DNA from: Nitrospirota bacterium
Lineage (GTDB): Bacteria; Nitrospirota; Thermodesulfovibrionia; Thermodesulfovibrionales; Dissulfurispiraceae
Direction: 5' to 3'
Length of the DNA stretch: 64,000 nucleotides
NCBI GenBank assembly: GCA_037441185.1
Contig: JBBISP010000005.1
Location: 5,889 to 69,888, forward strand
The notes under the pieces were generated by a model, which worked only from the letters and a program-made list of their open reading frames with translations, was not told the origin of the DNA and searched no databases. Shown one piece after another: positions 42,585 through 51,387 of this stretch. The first letter of the stretch is position 1, and each line of letters begins with the position of its first letter. The translations under genes and the position numbers were made by a program.

Positions 42585-44613
42585 ATCTCACCATCCCCAC
42601 TGTATAAAGTTTTGCTGCTGAAGAAATCTCTGCATTTGAAAGCACCACAACAGAAGGCAAAAACTTCTCTAAAAGTCTTTTTATAAATCTTCTTGTATGA
42701 ATCGAACAAAGTATAATGGGCTGAACTCCTTTGGAAATATATTCTCCAAATGACTTTTCAACGCTCCTTATAAGTTTGCCGACTATTTCAGGGTTTACAG
42801 ATTCTCCAGATTCTATAATCTGCAGCAGCGCCCTCTCTAATCTCGGATCAACAGTCAATACATGAACGTTCCCATCATGTGTCATATGCTGTTTTGTTAT
42901 ATATCTAGAAAGCGATTGTCTTACATGTTCTGTTAATATGTCTGGGTCTTTTACAGATGGGGCATTATCCAGGAGTGTTTCGAGGATAGTAACAAGGTCA
43001 TTAATCGGCACTCTTTCCTTCAAAAGATTCTGAAGCACCCTTTGAACGACACCGAGCGTAAGATGAACAGGTATAAGCTCATCAACAATCTTTGGATAAA
43101 GTTTTGATACACCGTCCAATAAATTTTGCACCTCTGTTCTTGTCAGTATCTCCCAACTATGATTTTTTATAAGCTCTGTGAGGTGTGTGACAATAACGCT
43201 CGCGACATCAACAATCATATAGCCTGAAGCCTGCGCCTTCTCTGCATCCTTTTCTTCTACCCAGTATGCAGGAAGTCCGAATGCAGGTTCTTTTGTAGGT
43301 ATTCCTTCAATCTTCTCAACATTGTCAGACGCAACAGCGAGCAGATAGCCCATTGCCACCTCACTTTTTGCTATTTCAATGCCTCTTATGAGAAATCTGT
43401 ATTCTTGAGGTCTTAACTGAAGATTATCCTTTATGTGTATAGAAGGAACAACAAAACCCATTTCCTTAGCGATTTGTCTCCTCATAGCCTTGACTTTGTG
43501 CAGGAGTTCTCCTCTCGGTTCTTCAACAAGAGGGATTAAGCCATATCCAATTTCGAGAGCAAGTGGATCAAGCTCAACAAATGATTCTATCCTCATATCT
43601 TCCGGCGCCTTGTCTTGTTTTATTTCCTCTTTTGCTTGATCTTCTTCCTGAGACCTTGAAAAGATATAGCCCAATCCGCCTGACACTGCAGACATTAAAA
43701 GAATCGGAATGTGCGGAAGACCTGGAATAATGCCAAAAAACAGCAATATTCCTGATGTTGTCATAAGAACCTTTGGACTGCTTATGACCTGCCATGTAAT
43801 ATCTGTTCCCATATTTGATTCTGAACCTGAACGGCTTATCACAACACCTGCAGCCGTTGATATGAGCAGCGCTGGTATCTGGGAAACAATCCCATCACCT
43901 ATAGTCAAGATTGTAAATGTAGCTGCAGCCTCTGCAACAGGCATGCCTTTTTGCAAGATACCGATCATAATTCCGGCTATAATATTAATCGCTGTTATCA
44001 CAAGACCAGCAATAGCATCTCCTCTTACGAACTTGCTTGCTCCGTCCATTGCCCCATAAAAATCTGCTTCCCTGCTTATCTCTTTCCTTCGCCTACGCGC
44101 CTCCGGCTCGTCAATCATGCCTGCGTTCAGATCAGCGTCTATGCTCATCTGTTTGCCCGGCAAGGCATCGAGGGTAAACCTTGCAGAGACCTCTGCAATC
44201 CTTCCTGCACCTTTAGTTATGACCACAAAGTTTACGATAACCAGTATCAGAAAAATGATAAAACCAACCAGATAGTTGCCTCCAACTACAAAATTTCCGA
44301 ATGATTTAATCACCTGCCCTGCTGCATCAGTCCCTTCGCTTCCCTTAAGAAGTATCAATTTTGTGGATGCAACATTTAGTGAAAGCCTGTAGAGGGTTGC
44401 AATAAGGAGCAAAGATGGAAGCACAGAAAAGTCAAGCGGTCTCTTTATATAAACTGAATTTATTATCACTAAAACTGAAAGAGCAATAGACAAGGCAAGA
44501 AGAATATCAAGCAAAAAAGGAGGCAAGGGTATGAGCATCACTCCAAGCAATGAGACAACGCCCACTGCAACTATAATCTCTCCCTTCTGCTGTAAGAATG
44601 CAAAGAATTTCAT
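42574..44613 (-). CDS. flhA: Flagellar export gate protein FlhA
   Basis: 679 aa. Contains FPSLLL-like VLPSLLLIATLYRLSLNVASTKLIL, the FHIPEP region GNFVVGGNYLVGFIIFLILVIVNFVVITKGAGRIAEVSARFTLDALPGKQMSIDADL, and a cytoplasmic C-terminal domain. Confidence 0.97.
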   Translation of the reverse strand: MKFFAFLQQKGEIIVAVGVVSLLGVMLIPLPPFLLDILLALSIALSVLVIINSVYIKRPLDFSVLPSLLLIATLYRLSLNVASTKLILLKGSEGTDAAGQVIKSFGNFVVGGNYLVGFIIFLILVIVNFVVITKGAGRIAEVSARFTLDALPGKQMSIDADLNAGMIDEPEARRRRKEISREADFYGAMDGASKFVRGDAIAGLVITAINIIAGIMIGILQKGMPVAEAAATFTILTIGDGIVSQIPALLISTAAGVVISRSGSESNMGTDITWQVISSPKVLMTTSGILLFFGIIPGLPHIPILLMSAVSGGLGYIFSRSQEEDQAKEEIKQDKAPEDMRIESFVELDPLALEIGYGLIPLVEEPRGELLHKVKAMRRQIAKEMGFVVPSIHIKDNLQLRPQEYRFLIRGIEIAKSEVAMGYLLAVASDNVEKIEGIPTKEPAFGLPAYWVEEKDAEKAQASGYMIVDVASVIVTHLTELIKNHSWEILTRTEVQNLLDGVSKLYPKIVDELIPVHLTLGVVQRVLQNLLKERVPINDLVTILETLLDNAPSVKDPDILTEHVRQSLSRYITKQHMTHDGNVHVLTVDPRLERALLQIIESGESVNPEIVGKLIRSVEKSFGEYISKGVQPIILCSIHTRRFIKRLLEKFLPSVVVLSNAEISSAAKLYTVGMVRYED

Positions 44614-45650
44614 GCTGCGCCTCTCATCTTATATACATAGGCAAGGATCTTTGCCACTGCTCTGTAAAGGTCCTCAGGAATGTAAGAGCCTATTTCAACC
44701 TTATAAAGCATCCTTGCAAGGGGTTTATCTTCTATTATCGGCACGCCTTTCTTTCTTGCAATCTCCTTAATTTTTTCAGCCAAAACATCTGCGCCCTTTG
44801 CAACAATCTTTGGAGCAGACATTTTCTTACCTTCATATTTGAGGGCAACTGCAAGATGGACAGGGTTTGTTATGACCACGGTAGCCTTTGGAACCTCCTG
44901 CATCATGCGCCTCATAGCCATCTCCTTCTGGATGCTCTTTATCTTCGATTTTATATATGGGTCTCCTTCAGATTCTTTATGCTCCTCTTTAAGTTCTTTC
45001 ATGCTCATTCTTATAGACCTCTCAAACTGCCATTTCTGAAAAAAATAGTCAATAATGGCTATTGCAAGAAAACATAAGACACCGTAAGTAACAACCTTAA
45101 GAATGAGAAGGCTTGTGTTGACTGCAATGCCGCGCACGCCCATATCCATAAGAGATGGCAGCGTATATAAGTTGTTTTTTATCACAGCATAAAAGAGGTA
45201 GGCTCCAATCGAAAATTTCATAAGGCTCTTTAAAAATTCTGTAAAACCGTTTATTGAAAACATTTTCTTAATGCCGTTGATGGGATTTACAGCTTCTAAT
45301 TTTAATTCGAGAGGCTTGAAAATCATTCCGCCCTGAAGAAATCCTGTTGCAATAGCAAGGCAAAAGACTACAGCTAAAAAAGGCATCAGCACAATCATGC
45401 CTTTTAAAGACGCTGCTTTCAGCACATAGATGGCATTGGTTCCATAATCAAGACTAAGAAGTCCGCTGGTTAAATGAATAGCATTATCGGCAAGATGCCT
45501 TCCGGCAAGGTACATTACTAATATTACCCCTCCTGTAGAGACAATGGATGTAAGGTCGCGGCTTCTGGCAACCTGCCCTTTTTCCCTCGCTTTTTGCCTT
45601 TTCCGAGGCGTTGCTTGTTCTGTTCTTTCCTGGTGTTCCTGTTCAGCCAT
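44610..45650 (-). CDS. flhB: Flagellar export switch protein FlhB
   Basis: MAEQEHQERTEQATPRKRQKAREKGQVARSRDL, four TM segments, and an autocleavage loop that here reads NPVH. Confidence 0.96.
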   Translation of the reverse strand: MAEQEHQERTEQATPRKRQKAREKGQVARSRDLTSIVSTGGVILVMYLAGRHLADNAIHLTSGLLSLDYGTNAIYVLKAASLKGMIVLMPFLAVVFCLAIATGFLQGGMIFKPLELKLEAVNPINGIKKMFSINGFTEFLKSLMKFSIGAYLFYAVIKNNLYTLPSLMDMGVRGIAVNTSLLILKVVTYGVLCFLAIAIIDYFFQKWQFERSIRMSMKELKEEHKESEGDPYIKSKIKSIQKEMAMRRMMQEVPKATVVITNPVHLAVALKYEGKKMSAPKIVAKGADVLAEKIKEIARKKGVPIIEDKPLARMLYKVEIGSYIPEDLYRAVAKILAYVYKMRGAA

Positions 45651-45651
45651 A

Positions 45652-46407
45652 TTATCCCCTCGCAGCAGAAATAAGCCTTAACATATGGTTCTTGACATCT
45701 CCGAAATTAGCGCTGAATGTATTTATAAATACAGGCAGACTAATAAGCATAATCAAATAACCGAGGAATATATAAATTGGAAAGCTTATGAAAAGTATAT
45801 TCATCTGAGGGGCTGCCTTATATATGAAACCGAGCAAGAGATTCGCCATCAACATGCCTGCTAAAAGAGGAGCAGCTATCTTAAGGGCTAAAATAAACAG
45901 CCTGCTTCCGCTTGATACGACCATTGTCACGAGATTTTTCGCATCAATACTGCCCACTGGCACCCATTCATAGCTCTTCACAAATATATAAATGAGATCG
46001 TGATGAGCGTCGATAGAAAGAAGAATAAGTGTTGCCATCAAACTATATAATCTTGCCACCTCTGTAGACTGCCCCATTTCTGGATTAAAAACAGTTGCTA
46101 AGGATAGTCCCATTGCATTACTCATAAACTGTCCTGCTATTTCAACAGCCATAAATAAAACCCTCACAGCAGAGCCGAGAATTACTCCCAATATTACCTC
46201 CCTGATAACCAAAAAAGGGATCGGTGTATTTTTTATATCAATCTCAACCATAGGGGTGAGCATAATGGCTATTGCTACTGCAAAGCCTATTTTAAAGCTT
46301 GCAGGGAAACTCTTGCTGTTGAAAATAGGCATAAAGCTGACAAATATGCTTGCCCTCAATAAAACGAGAAGAAAAATTGGCAAATAATCTGAAAAATTTG
46401 GATTCAT
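45652..46407 (-). CDS. fliR: Flagellar export apparatus protein FliR
   Basis: Polytopic 251-aa protein in the conserved fliPQR-flhB order. Confidence 0.92.
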   Translation of the reverse strand: MNPNFSDYLPIFLLVLLRASIFVSFMPIFNSKSFPASFKIGFAVAIAIMLTPMVEIDIKNTPIPFLVIREVILGVILGSAVRVLFMAVEIAGQFMSNAMGLSLATVFNPEMGQSTEVARLYSLMATLILLSIDAHHDLIYIFVKSYEWVPVGSIDAKNLVTMVVSSGSRLFILALKIAAPLLAGMLMANLLLGFIYKAAPQMNILFISFPIYIFLGYLIMLISLPVFINTFSANFGDVKNHMLRLISAARG

Positions 46408-46673
46408 TTCAAATACACCGGTATCTTTTCTATGATATTAGTAGTAAAGGCTATCATTCCGCTCGCCATCCACGGCAAAAGAAAAAATATGCATAAAAAG
46501 ACAGCTATTATCTTTGGAACAAAGGTTAGTGTAAATTCCTGAATCTGTGTAATTGCCTGGAAAAAACCTATTACAAGCCCTACAACCATACTCACAAGCA
46601 GGGCAGGTCCTGCTGTAATAAGAATAGCTTTTATCGCCTCTGCTGAAATATCCTTCACCATATCAACCGTCAT
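46404..46673 (-). CDS. fliQ: Flagellar export apparatus protein FliQ
   Basis: 89 aa from the ATG at 46673. [24 protein letters not shown] matches the FliQ core. ATGA overlap with fliP. Confidence 0.93.
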   Translation of the reverse strand: MTVDMVKDISAEAIKAILITAGPALLVSMVVGLVIGFFQAITQIQEFTLTFVPKIIAVFLCIFFLLPWMASGMIAFTTNIIEKIPVYLK

Positions 46674-47311
46674 GAAAAACTCCTTACTATCGATCCAACA
46701 ACGAGATTCCATCCATCAACAAGGACAAAGAGAAGAATCTTAAAAGGAAGAGATATCATTACAGGCGGCAGCATCATCATACCCATGGAAAGGAGTATGC
46801 TTGACACTACCATGTCTATTACGAGAAATGGTACGAATATGAGAAAGCCTATCTCAAACGCTGTCCTTAGTTCGCTTATAACAAAGGCAGGCACAACAAT
46901 TTTCATAGGTGTATCCTCTGGCTTAGAAGGAATATCAAAGCTTGAGAGCTTGAAAAAGAGCGCCAAATCCTTTTCTCTCGTCTGCTTGAGCATAAATTCT
47001 TTAACAGGGGTCTCTGCCCTCTTAACAGCCTCTGTCATATTTATCTTCTTTTCCATATACGGGGTTATAGATTCCTTTGTCAGAACATCAATAGTTGGAG
47101 CCATAATGAAAAGGGTAAGAAAAATTGCAAGTCCTATGATGACAGAATTTGGCGGTATCTGCTGGCCTCCAAGCGCATGCCTTAAAAAGGAAAGGACAAC
47201 AACTATGCGTGTGAAGGATGTAAACATCACAAGAACTGCAGGCAAAAGAGAAAGAAAGCTTATAAAAAAAAAGATGGTCAGCGCTGGATTGTTCATGTCA
47301 ATATCTTGCAT
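46670..47311 (-). CDS. fliP: Flagellar export apparatus protein FliP
   Basis: [40 protein letters not shown] and [13 protein letters not shown]. Confidence 0.95.
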   Translation of the reverse strand: MQDIDMNNPALTIFFFISFLSLLPAVLVMFTSFTRIVVVLSFLRHALGGQQIPPNSVIIGLAIFLTLFIMAPTIDVLTKESITPYMEKKINMTEAVKRAETPVKEFMLKQTREKDLALFFKLSSFDIPSKPEDTPMKIVVPAFVISELRTAFEIGFLIFVPFLVIDMVVSSILLSMGMMMLPPVMISLPFKILLFVLVDGWNLVVGSIVRSFS

Positions 47312-47632
47312 TTATAAACTCTCCTTTAGCTCTTTAAGCCTCTGAATCCTCTTCCTTCTGCACTGTGCGTCAGTATTTATAGATGATTTTTCTATGATTT
47401 CTTCTCCGAATCGTTCTATAACCTTCATATCTGTGGGAGTTATTCCCAGTATGAATACCTCTTTGTTAATCTTCATTGCCGCAATGCCCATTTTCTGGCC
47501 AAAGGAACGATATTCGATCAAGTCCATAATACCAGCAGATCTTTTCTTTTTCTTATAAATTAAGGAAAGGCCAAAAATCATGATTATGACTATAAAAAGG
47601 GCTGAAAGCATCTGTGTCACTATATCGCTCAT
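47312..47632 (-). CDS. fliO: FliO-like flagellar biosynthesis protein
   Basis: Single N-terminal TM segment, a poly-K stretch, then [29 protein letters not shown]. Position immediately upstream of fliP. Confidence 0.7.
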   Translation of the reverse strand: MSDIVTQMLSALFIVIIMIFGLSLIYKKKKRSAGIMDLIEYRSFGQKMGIAAMKINKEVFILGITPTDMKVIERFGEEIIEKSSINTDAQCRRKRIQRLKELKESL

Positions 47633-48048
47633 CTTAGTTGTTTCACCCTCTCGATCGGACTCAAGATGTCTGTGAGCCTTATGCCAAATTTTTCATTCAC
47701 AACCACCACTTCACCCTTTGCAATAAGTTTATTGTTTACAAGTATCTCCATTGGTTCGCCAGCCAATTTATCAAGCTCAACAACAGAGCCCTGCCCGAGC
47801 TGCAGGATATCCTTTATAAGCATCTTTGTTCTACCGAGTTCCACTTTAAATGTCAAAGGGATATCAAGCAAAAACTCAATGCCTTTGCCGTTTGCCTTAG
47901 CCTTTGCGAGTTCTGTTTTATTATCTTCATTCAACTCCTTGAACTCAGGTTGCTGCGCTGCGCTCTCATGCTGTTCATCTTGCTGCAATTGTTTGCTCTC
48001 TTTTTTCTTATCTCGCTGTTGAGATGCCTCTTGTTTATGATCACCCAT
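47629..48048 (-). CDS. fliN: C-ring protein FliN
   Basis: C-terminal SpoA domain [68 protein letters not shown]. Confidence 0.9.
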   Translation of the reverse strand: MGDHKQEASQQRDKKKESKQLQQDEQHESAAQQPEFKELNEDNKTELAKAKANGKGIEFLLDIPLTFKVELGRTKMLIKDILQLGQGSVVELDKLAGEPMEILVNNKLIAKGEVVVVNEKFGIRLTDILSPIERVKQLR

Positions 48049-48057
48049 ATTTTCCTC

Positions 48058-49026
48058 CTACTGAATAATTTCTGTAATTTTTATTGCTTGTGAGCCTTTT
48101 CTGTAACCCGGTAAACACTTGAATTTAGGCAAGTCCTCTATCTTTAGTAAAAGCTGATCAGAGGCTGACTTGTTAAGCATAATCACATTTCCAACTTCGA
48201 GATTCAGCAGATCACTTATCGTTAGTTCCGTACTTCCTATCTCTACGATTACATCAATAAAAGAATTCATCAAAATATCGGTGACTCTCGTCACCCACTT
48301 TTCATCAGCTGTAATTGTATCGGTCTGAATACCGAAATAAAGCTTCTCCTTTATAGGCTCTATCATTGTGTAAGGTATGCAGAAAAATATTTTTCCTCTG
48401 CCCCCTTCCATTTCCAGATGAATCTCTATCTTTATCACAACATCTGATGGGTTAACTATCGTTACAAAACGAGGGTTTATCTCTGAGCTTATATGTTCTG
48501 CCTTTATTGGAGTAATAGCTCCCCATGCGTTCATCAGGTCGGTTAATGCCACATTCACTATTTTCTTTATTATCTTATGCTCTATATCTGTAAATTGCCT
48601 GCCCTCAATCTTCACATGCTGTCCGCCATTGCCGCCAAAGAAATATTCTATAAAAGTAAAAATCATAGAGGCATCTACAACAAAAAGGGCATATCCCTTA
48701 AGAGGCTCCATCTTAATGACATTAATGCTTGACGGCAAAGGAATGGTCTTCATAAATTCACTGAATTTCATCATTTCTATGCCGCGAATACTAATGTCAA
48801 CAAACTTCATAAGGCTTGAAGAAACAGAATTCCGGAACTGCTGCGCAAACCTCTCTGTTACCATCTCAAGGCCATGCATCTTGCCCCGTATTATCTTTTC
48901 CTGACTGGTCAGATCATACGGCCTTACGCCGCTAACATCAGTGTTTTGGGGCTCGGTCTCCACCTCCCCTGCCTGAACGCCTCTCAGCAGGGCATCGACT
49001 TCTTCTTGTGATAAAATGTTTTCCAT
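48058..49026 (-). CDS. fliM: C-ring protein FliM
   Basis: N-terminal CheY-P-binding peptide LSQEEVDALL, followed by the FliM middle and C-terminal domains. Confidence 0.93.
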   Translation of the reverse strand: MENILSQEEVDALLRGVQAGEVETEPQNTDVSGVRPYDLTSQEKIIRGKMHGLEMVTERFAQQFRNSVSSSLMKFVDISIRGIEMMKFSEFMKTIPLPSSINVIKMEPLKGYALFVVDASMIFTFIEYFFGGNGGQHVKIEGRQFTDIEHKIIKKIVNVALTDLMNAWGAITPIKAEHISSEINPRFVTIVNPSDVVIKIEIHLEMEGGRGKIFFCIPYTMIEPIKEKLYFGIQTDTITADEKWVTRVTDILMNSFIDVIVEIGSTELTISDLLNLEVGNVIMLNKSASDQLLLKIEDLPKFKCLPGYRKGSQAIKITEIIQ

Positions 49027-49030
49027 ATCT

Positions 49031-49510
49031 TTATTGCATCACGAATTCAGTAAAATAAAGGTTTTTAAAAATATCTTTACCGATTGACTGGTTTGCCCTC
49101 AAAAGAATTTCATCTTTAAGTTGAAGTTTGCCCTCGGGGCCTGACACAGACTCTGAAGACTTTCCGCTTAAAAGGGTTATTATTGCATCCCTTAGGTTTG
49201 GCATCTTTTGTTTAACTGCTTCCTCATATGATTTATCTGAAAACTCAAGTTGCATTGTCATCTTCAAATACCTTCCATGATCAGAAAGGTTCACTACAAA
49301 TGGATCCAATGCTATAAGCGCAGTTTTGACATCTTCTGCCTTCTTGCTTTCTTCTTTTGTTTTCCCGCCAGAAATTATGGAATATCCGAAAAAACCTCCT
49401 CCCAACAACAAAATCACAATAACAATAATTATTAAAATCTTCTTCTTTCCGTTTTTTTTTGGTTTTTCTTGAGCTTCATCATTAACAGGCTCATTGTTTT
49501 TTTCGACCAT
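49031..49510 (-). CDS. fliL: Flagellar basal-body-associated protein FliL
   Basis: Lys-rich N-terminus, a single TM segment, then LDPFVVNLSDHGRYLKMTMQLEF...LRDAIITLL. Confidence 0.88.
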   Translation of the reverse strand: MVEKNNEPVNDEAQEKPKKNGKKKILIIIVIVILLLGGGFFGYSIISGGKTKEESKKAEDVKTALIALDPFVVNLSDHGRYLKMTMQLEFSDKSYEEAVKQKMPNLRDAIITLLSGKSSESVSGPEGKLQLKDEILLRANQSIGKDIFKNLYFTEFVMQ

Positions 49511-49557
49511 AACTTTTTCTCCCTTTTATATTTTAAATATACTCGTCTATCGTCTAT

Positions 49558-49573
49558 ATCAAGGATCATGCCA
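49558..49573 (-). promoter_or_regulatory. Candidate sigma-54-type promoter upstream of fliL, with a non-canonical -12 element
   Basis: The minus strand reads TGGCATGATCCTTGAT: correct GG at -24 but GA instead of GC at -12. About 36 nt to the fliL ATG from the predicted start site. Confidence 0.4.
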
Positions 49574-49682
49574 AAGAAGAAGTTATTGAAAAATATAACT
49601 TTTAAAAGAAGCTGCTGGTCTGCGAGATGTTTTATAAGAGTCAAAGAAATGACTAAATGATGGTTTTACAACAGGGACATAT

Positions 49683-49713
49683 AATGAAGGGGCTATATAT
49701 TAGCCCCTTCATT
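49683..49713 (-). terminator. 13-bp perfect stem-loop just after flgE
   Basis: AATGAAGGGGCTA-TATAT-TAGCCCCTTCATT. The A-run is 5' and there is no U-run 3' on the coding (minus) strand, so the T-run lies on the plus strand. Confidence 0.45.
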
Positions 49714-49721
49714 GTTTTTTG

Positions 49722-50957
49722 TTATCGTTTCAGATTAACCAGTTCCTGCATCAGTTCATCTGTTGTCGTAATTACCCTTGAGTTAGCCTGAAAACCTCTT
49801 TGTGCAGAGATCATCCGGACAAATTCCTCTCCAAGGTCAACATTGCTTAATTCAAGCGTATTTGATAGCACCCTTCCAAATCCTGACTTGTTTGGCGTGC
49901 CAATGATAGCAATGCCTGAGTCATATGATTCTGAGTAGAGATTTCTTCCAAGTTTTGTAAGCTGTGTTGGCGCAATAAACTTTGCTATTGCAATCTGTGC
50001 TATAGATTTTATCTGACCATTTGTAAATATGCCTGATATCACACCTTCTTTAGATATAGCGAGTCCTTTAAGTGTGCCTGCAGGAAAACCATCCTGGCTC
50101 TGAAAACGGGTTGCTGACTCTGAGGCTAACTGTGTGAAATTCTGAAAGTTAATAGATATGGATTGCCCTTGCGCAACTCCACCGCCAAAGTTAAAGGGCG
50201 CAGTAGTTGAAGCTTCGCTTGTTAACGTGCCGGAATTATCAAAAGTCATTATGCCTGATGCCTGTATTTCTGTATCGCCTCTTGCTGAATCAGAGGCTCC
50301 AACAACAGCATTCCACTGCCATTCATTTTGATTTGTTTTTGTAAAATATAATGTGATATTTCTTGCATTTCCGAGGGAATCATACACACTAACAACGCTC
50401 GAAAAGTTAGAGGTATTTAGTGGATCATTTAAATCAAAGGGTCCAACAATGTTTGATGCTGCATTGAGATTTGCAGAGATATTCATATTTGCAGTTGGTG
50501 CAGTAGAGTTGTTAAATGCAGAGACATTAATATCCCCTAATATCCCTGTAGGCAGTCCTGCAGTCGTGTATCCATATCCCTGAACCCTTAATCCATCAGT
50601 ATTAATCATATAGCCATCTTTATCGAGGCCAAACTGGCCAACCCTTGTGTAATAAGCCCCTGATGGGTCCTTAACTATAAAGAATCCGTCCCCATCAATT
50701 GCCATATCAAGAGCATTCCCTGTGCTTTCAAATGAACCCTGCGTAAAGAGCGGCGAAATATCATTCATAAATACGCCTCTTCCAATTTGTGATGAGCTTG
50801 TGCCGCTCGTCAATGTCTGGCTCATCACATCTCCAAATGATACCCTGCTTGCCTTAAATCCGAGGGTGTTCATGTTTGCAATATTGTCTCCAATTACAGA
50901 AAGAGAGGTGCTGTTTGCTTTCATCCCACTGATGCCTGTAAATAATGAAGTTAACAT
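49722..50957 (-). CDS. flgE: Flagellar hook protein FlgE
   Basis: MLTSLFTGISGMKANSTSLSVIGDNIANMNTLGFK at the N-terminus and MISAQRGFQANSRVITTTDELMQELVNLKR at the C-terminus. Confidence 0.93.
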   Translation of the reverse strand: MLTSLFTGISGMKANSTSLSVIGDNIANMNTLGFKASRVSFGDVMSQTLTSGTSSSQIGRGVFMNDISPLFTQGSFESTGNALDMAIDGDGFFIVKDPSGAYYTRVGQFGLDKDGYMINTDGLRVQGYGYTTAGLPTGILGDINVSAFNNSTAPTANMNISANLNAASNIVGPFDLNDPLNTSNFSSVVSVYDSLGNARNITLYFTKTNQNEWQWNAVVGASDSARGDTEIQASGIMTFDNSGTLTSEASTTAPFNFGGGVAQGQSISINFQNFTQLASESATRFQSQDGFPAGTLKGLAISKEGVISGIFTNGQIKSIAQIAIAKFIAPTQLTKLGRNLYSESYDSGIAIIGTPNKSGFGRVLSNTLELSNVDLGEEFVRMISAQRGFQANSRVITTTDELMQELVNLKR

Positions 50958-50972
50958 TTTGTGCCTCCTTTT

Positions 50973-51371
50973 TTAGCTGTTTATTTCTTTGATTTCGCCG
51001 AGGGTAACCCTCTTGCCATTTTCTAACAAAAGATATGTTATGCCTTCTTGAAAAGCCACGCCGGCAACCTTGCTCACTGCATCATCTGTTGTCTTTACAG
51101 TTTTACCTATTAGGCTTGTTGCAAATCCATTGTTAAGCGACATCTGGTATGCTACTAATCGTTCCATACTACTGTTGAGATTAAAAAGTTGCTCTAATGA
51201 ACTGAATTGAGCCATCTGGGCTGTAAATTCTGTGCTTTCAAGAGGCTTAAGCGGATCCTGGTATTTAAGTTGAGAGGTGAAAAGCTTTAAAAAGTCATCC
51301 TTACCAAGCGTTTTACTTAAGCCTGCTGACGAGGTTAAATGCTCATTGCTGCTTAATTTAGTTATCTCCAT
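50973..51371 (-). CDS. flgD: Hook cap / hook assembly protein FlgD
   Basis: LGKDDFLKLFTSQLKYQDPLKPLESTEFTAQMAQFSSLEQL. Confidence 0.9.
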   Translation of the reverse strand: MEITKLSSNEHLTSSAGLSKTLGKDDFLKLFTSQLKYQDPLKPLESTEFTAQMAQFSSLEQLFNLNSSMERLVAYQMSLNNGFATSLIGKTVKTTDDAVSKVAGVAFQEGITYLLLENGKRVTLGEIKEINS

Positions 51372-51387
51372 ATTCTTTCCCTCCTAT

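Noticed and set aside
49432-49660. Two small ORFs (70 aa on the minus strand, 63 aa on the plus strand) in the flgE-fliL gap
   Set aside because: The minus-strand ORF overlaps fliL out of frame, and the plus-strand ORF is antisense to the promoter region. Both have low-complexity sequence and neither has an RBS. The region is better explained by the hairpin and the promoter candidate.
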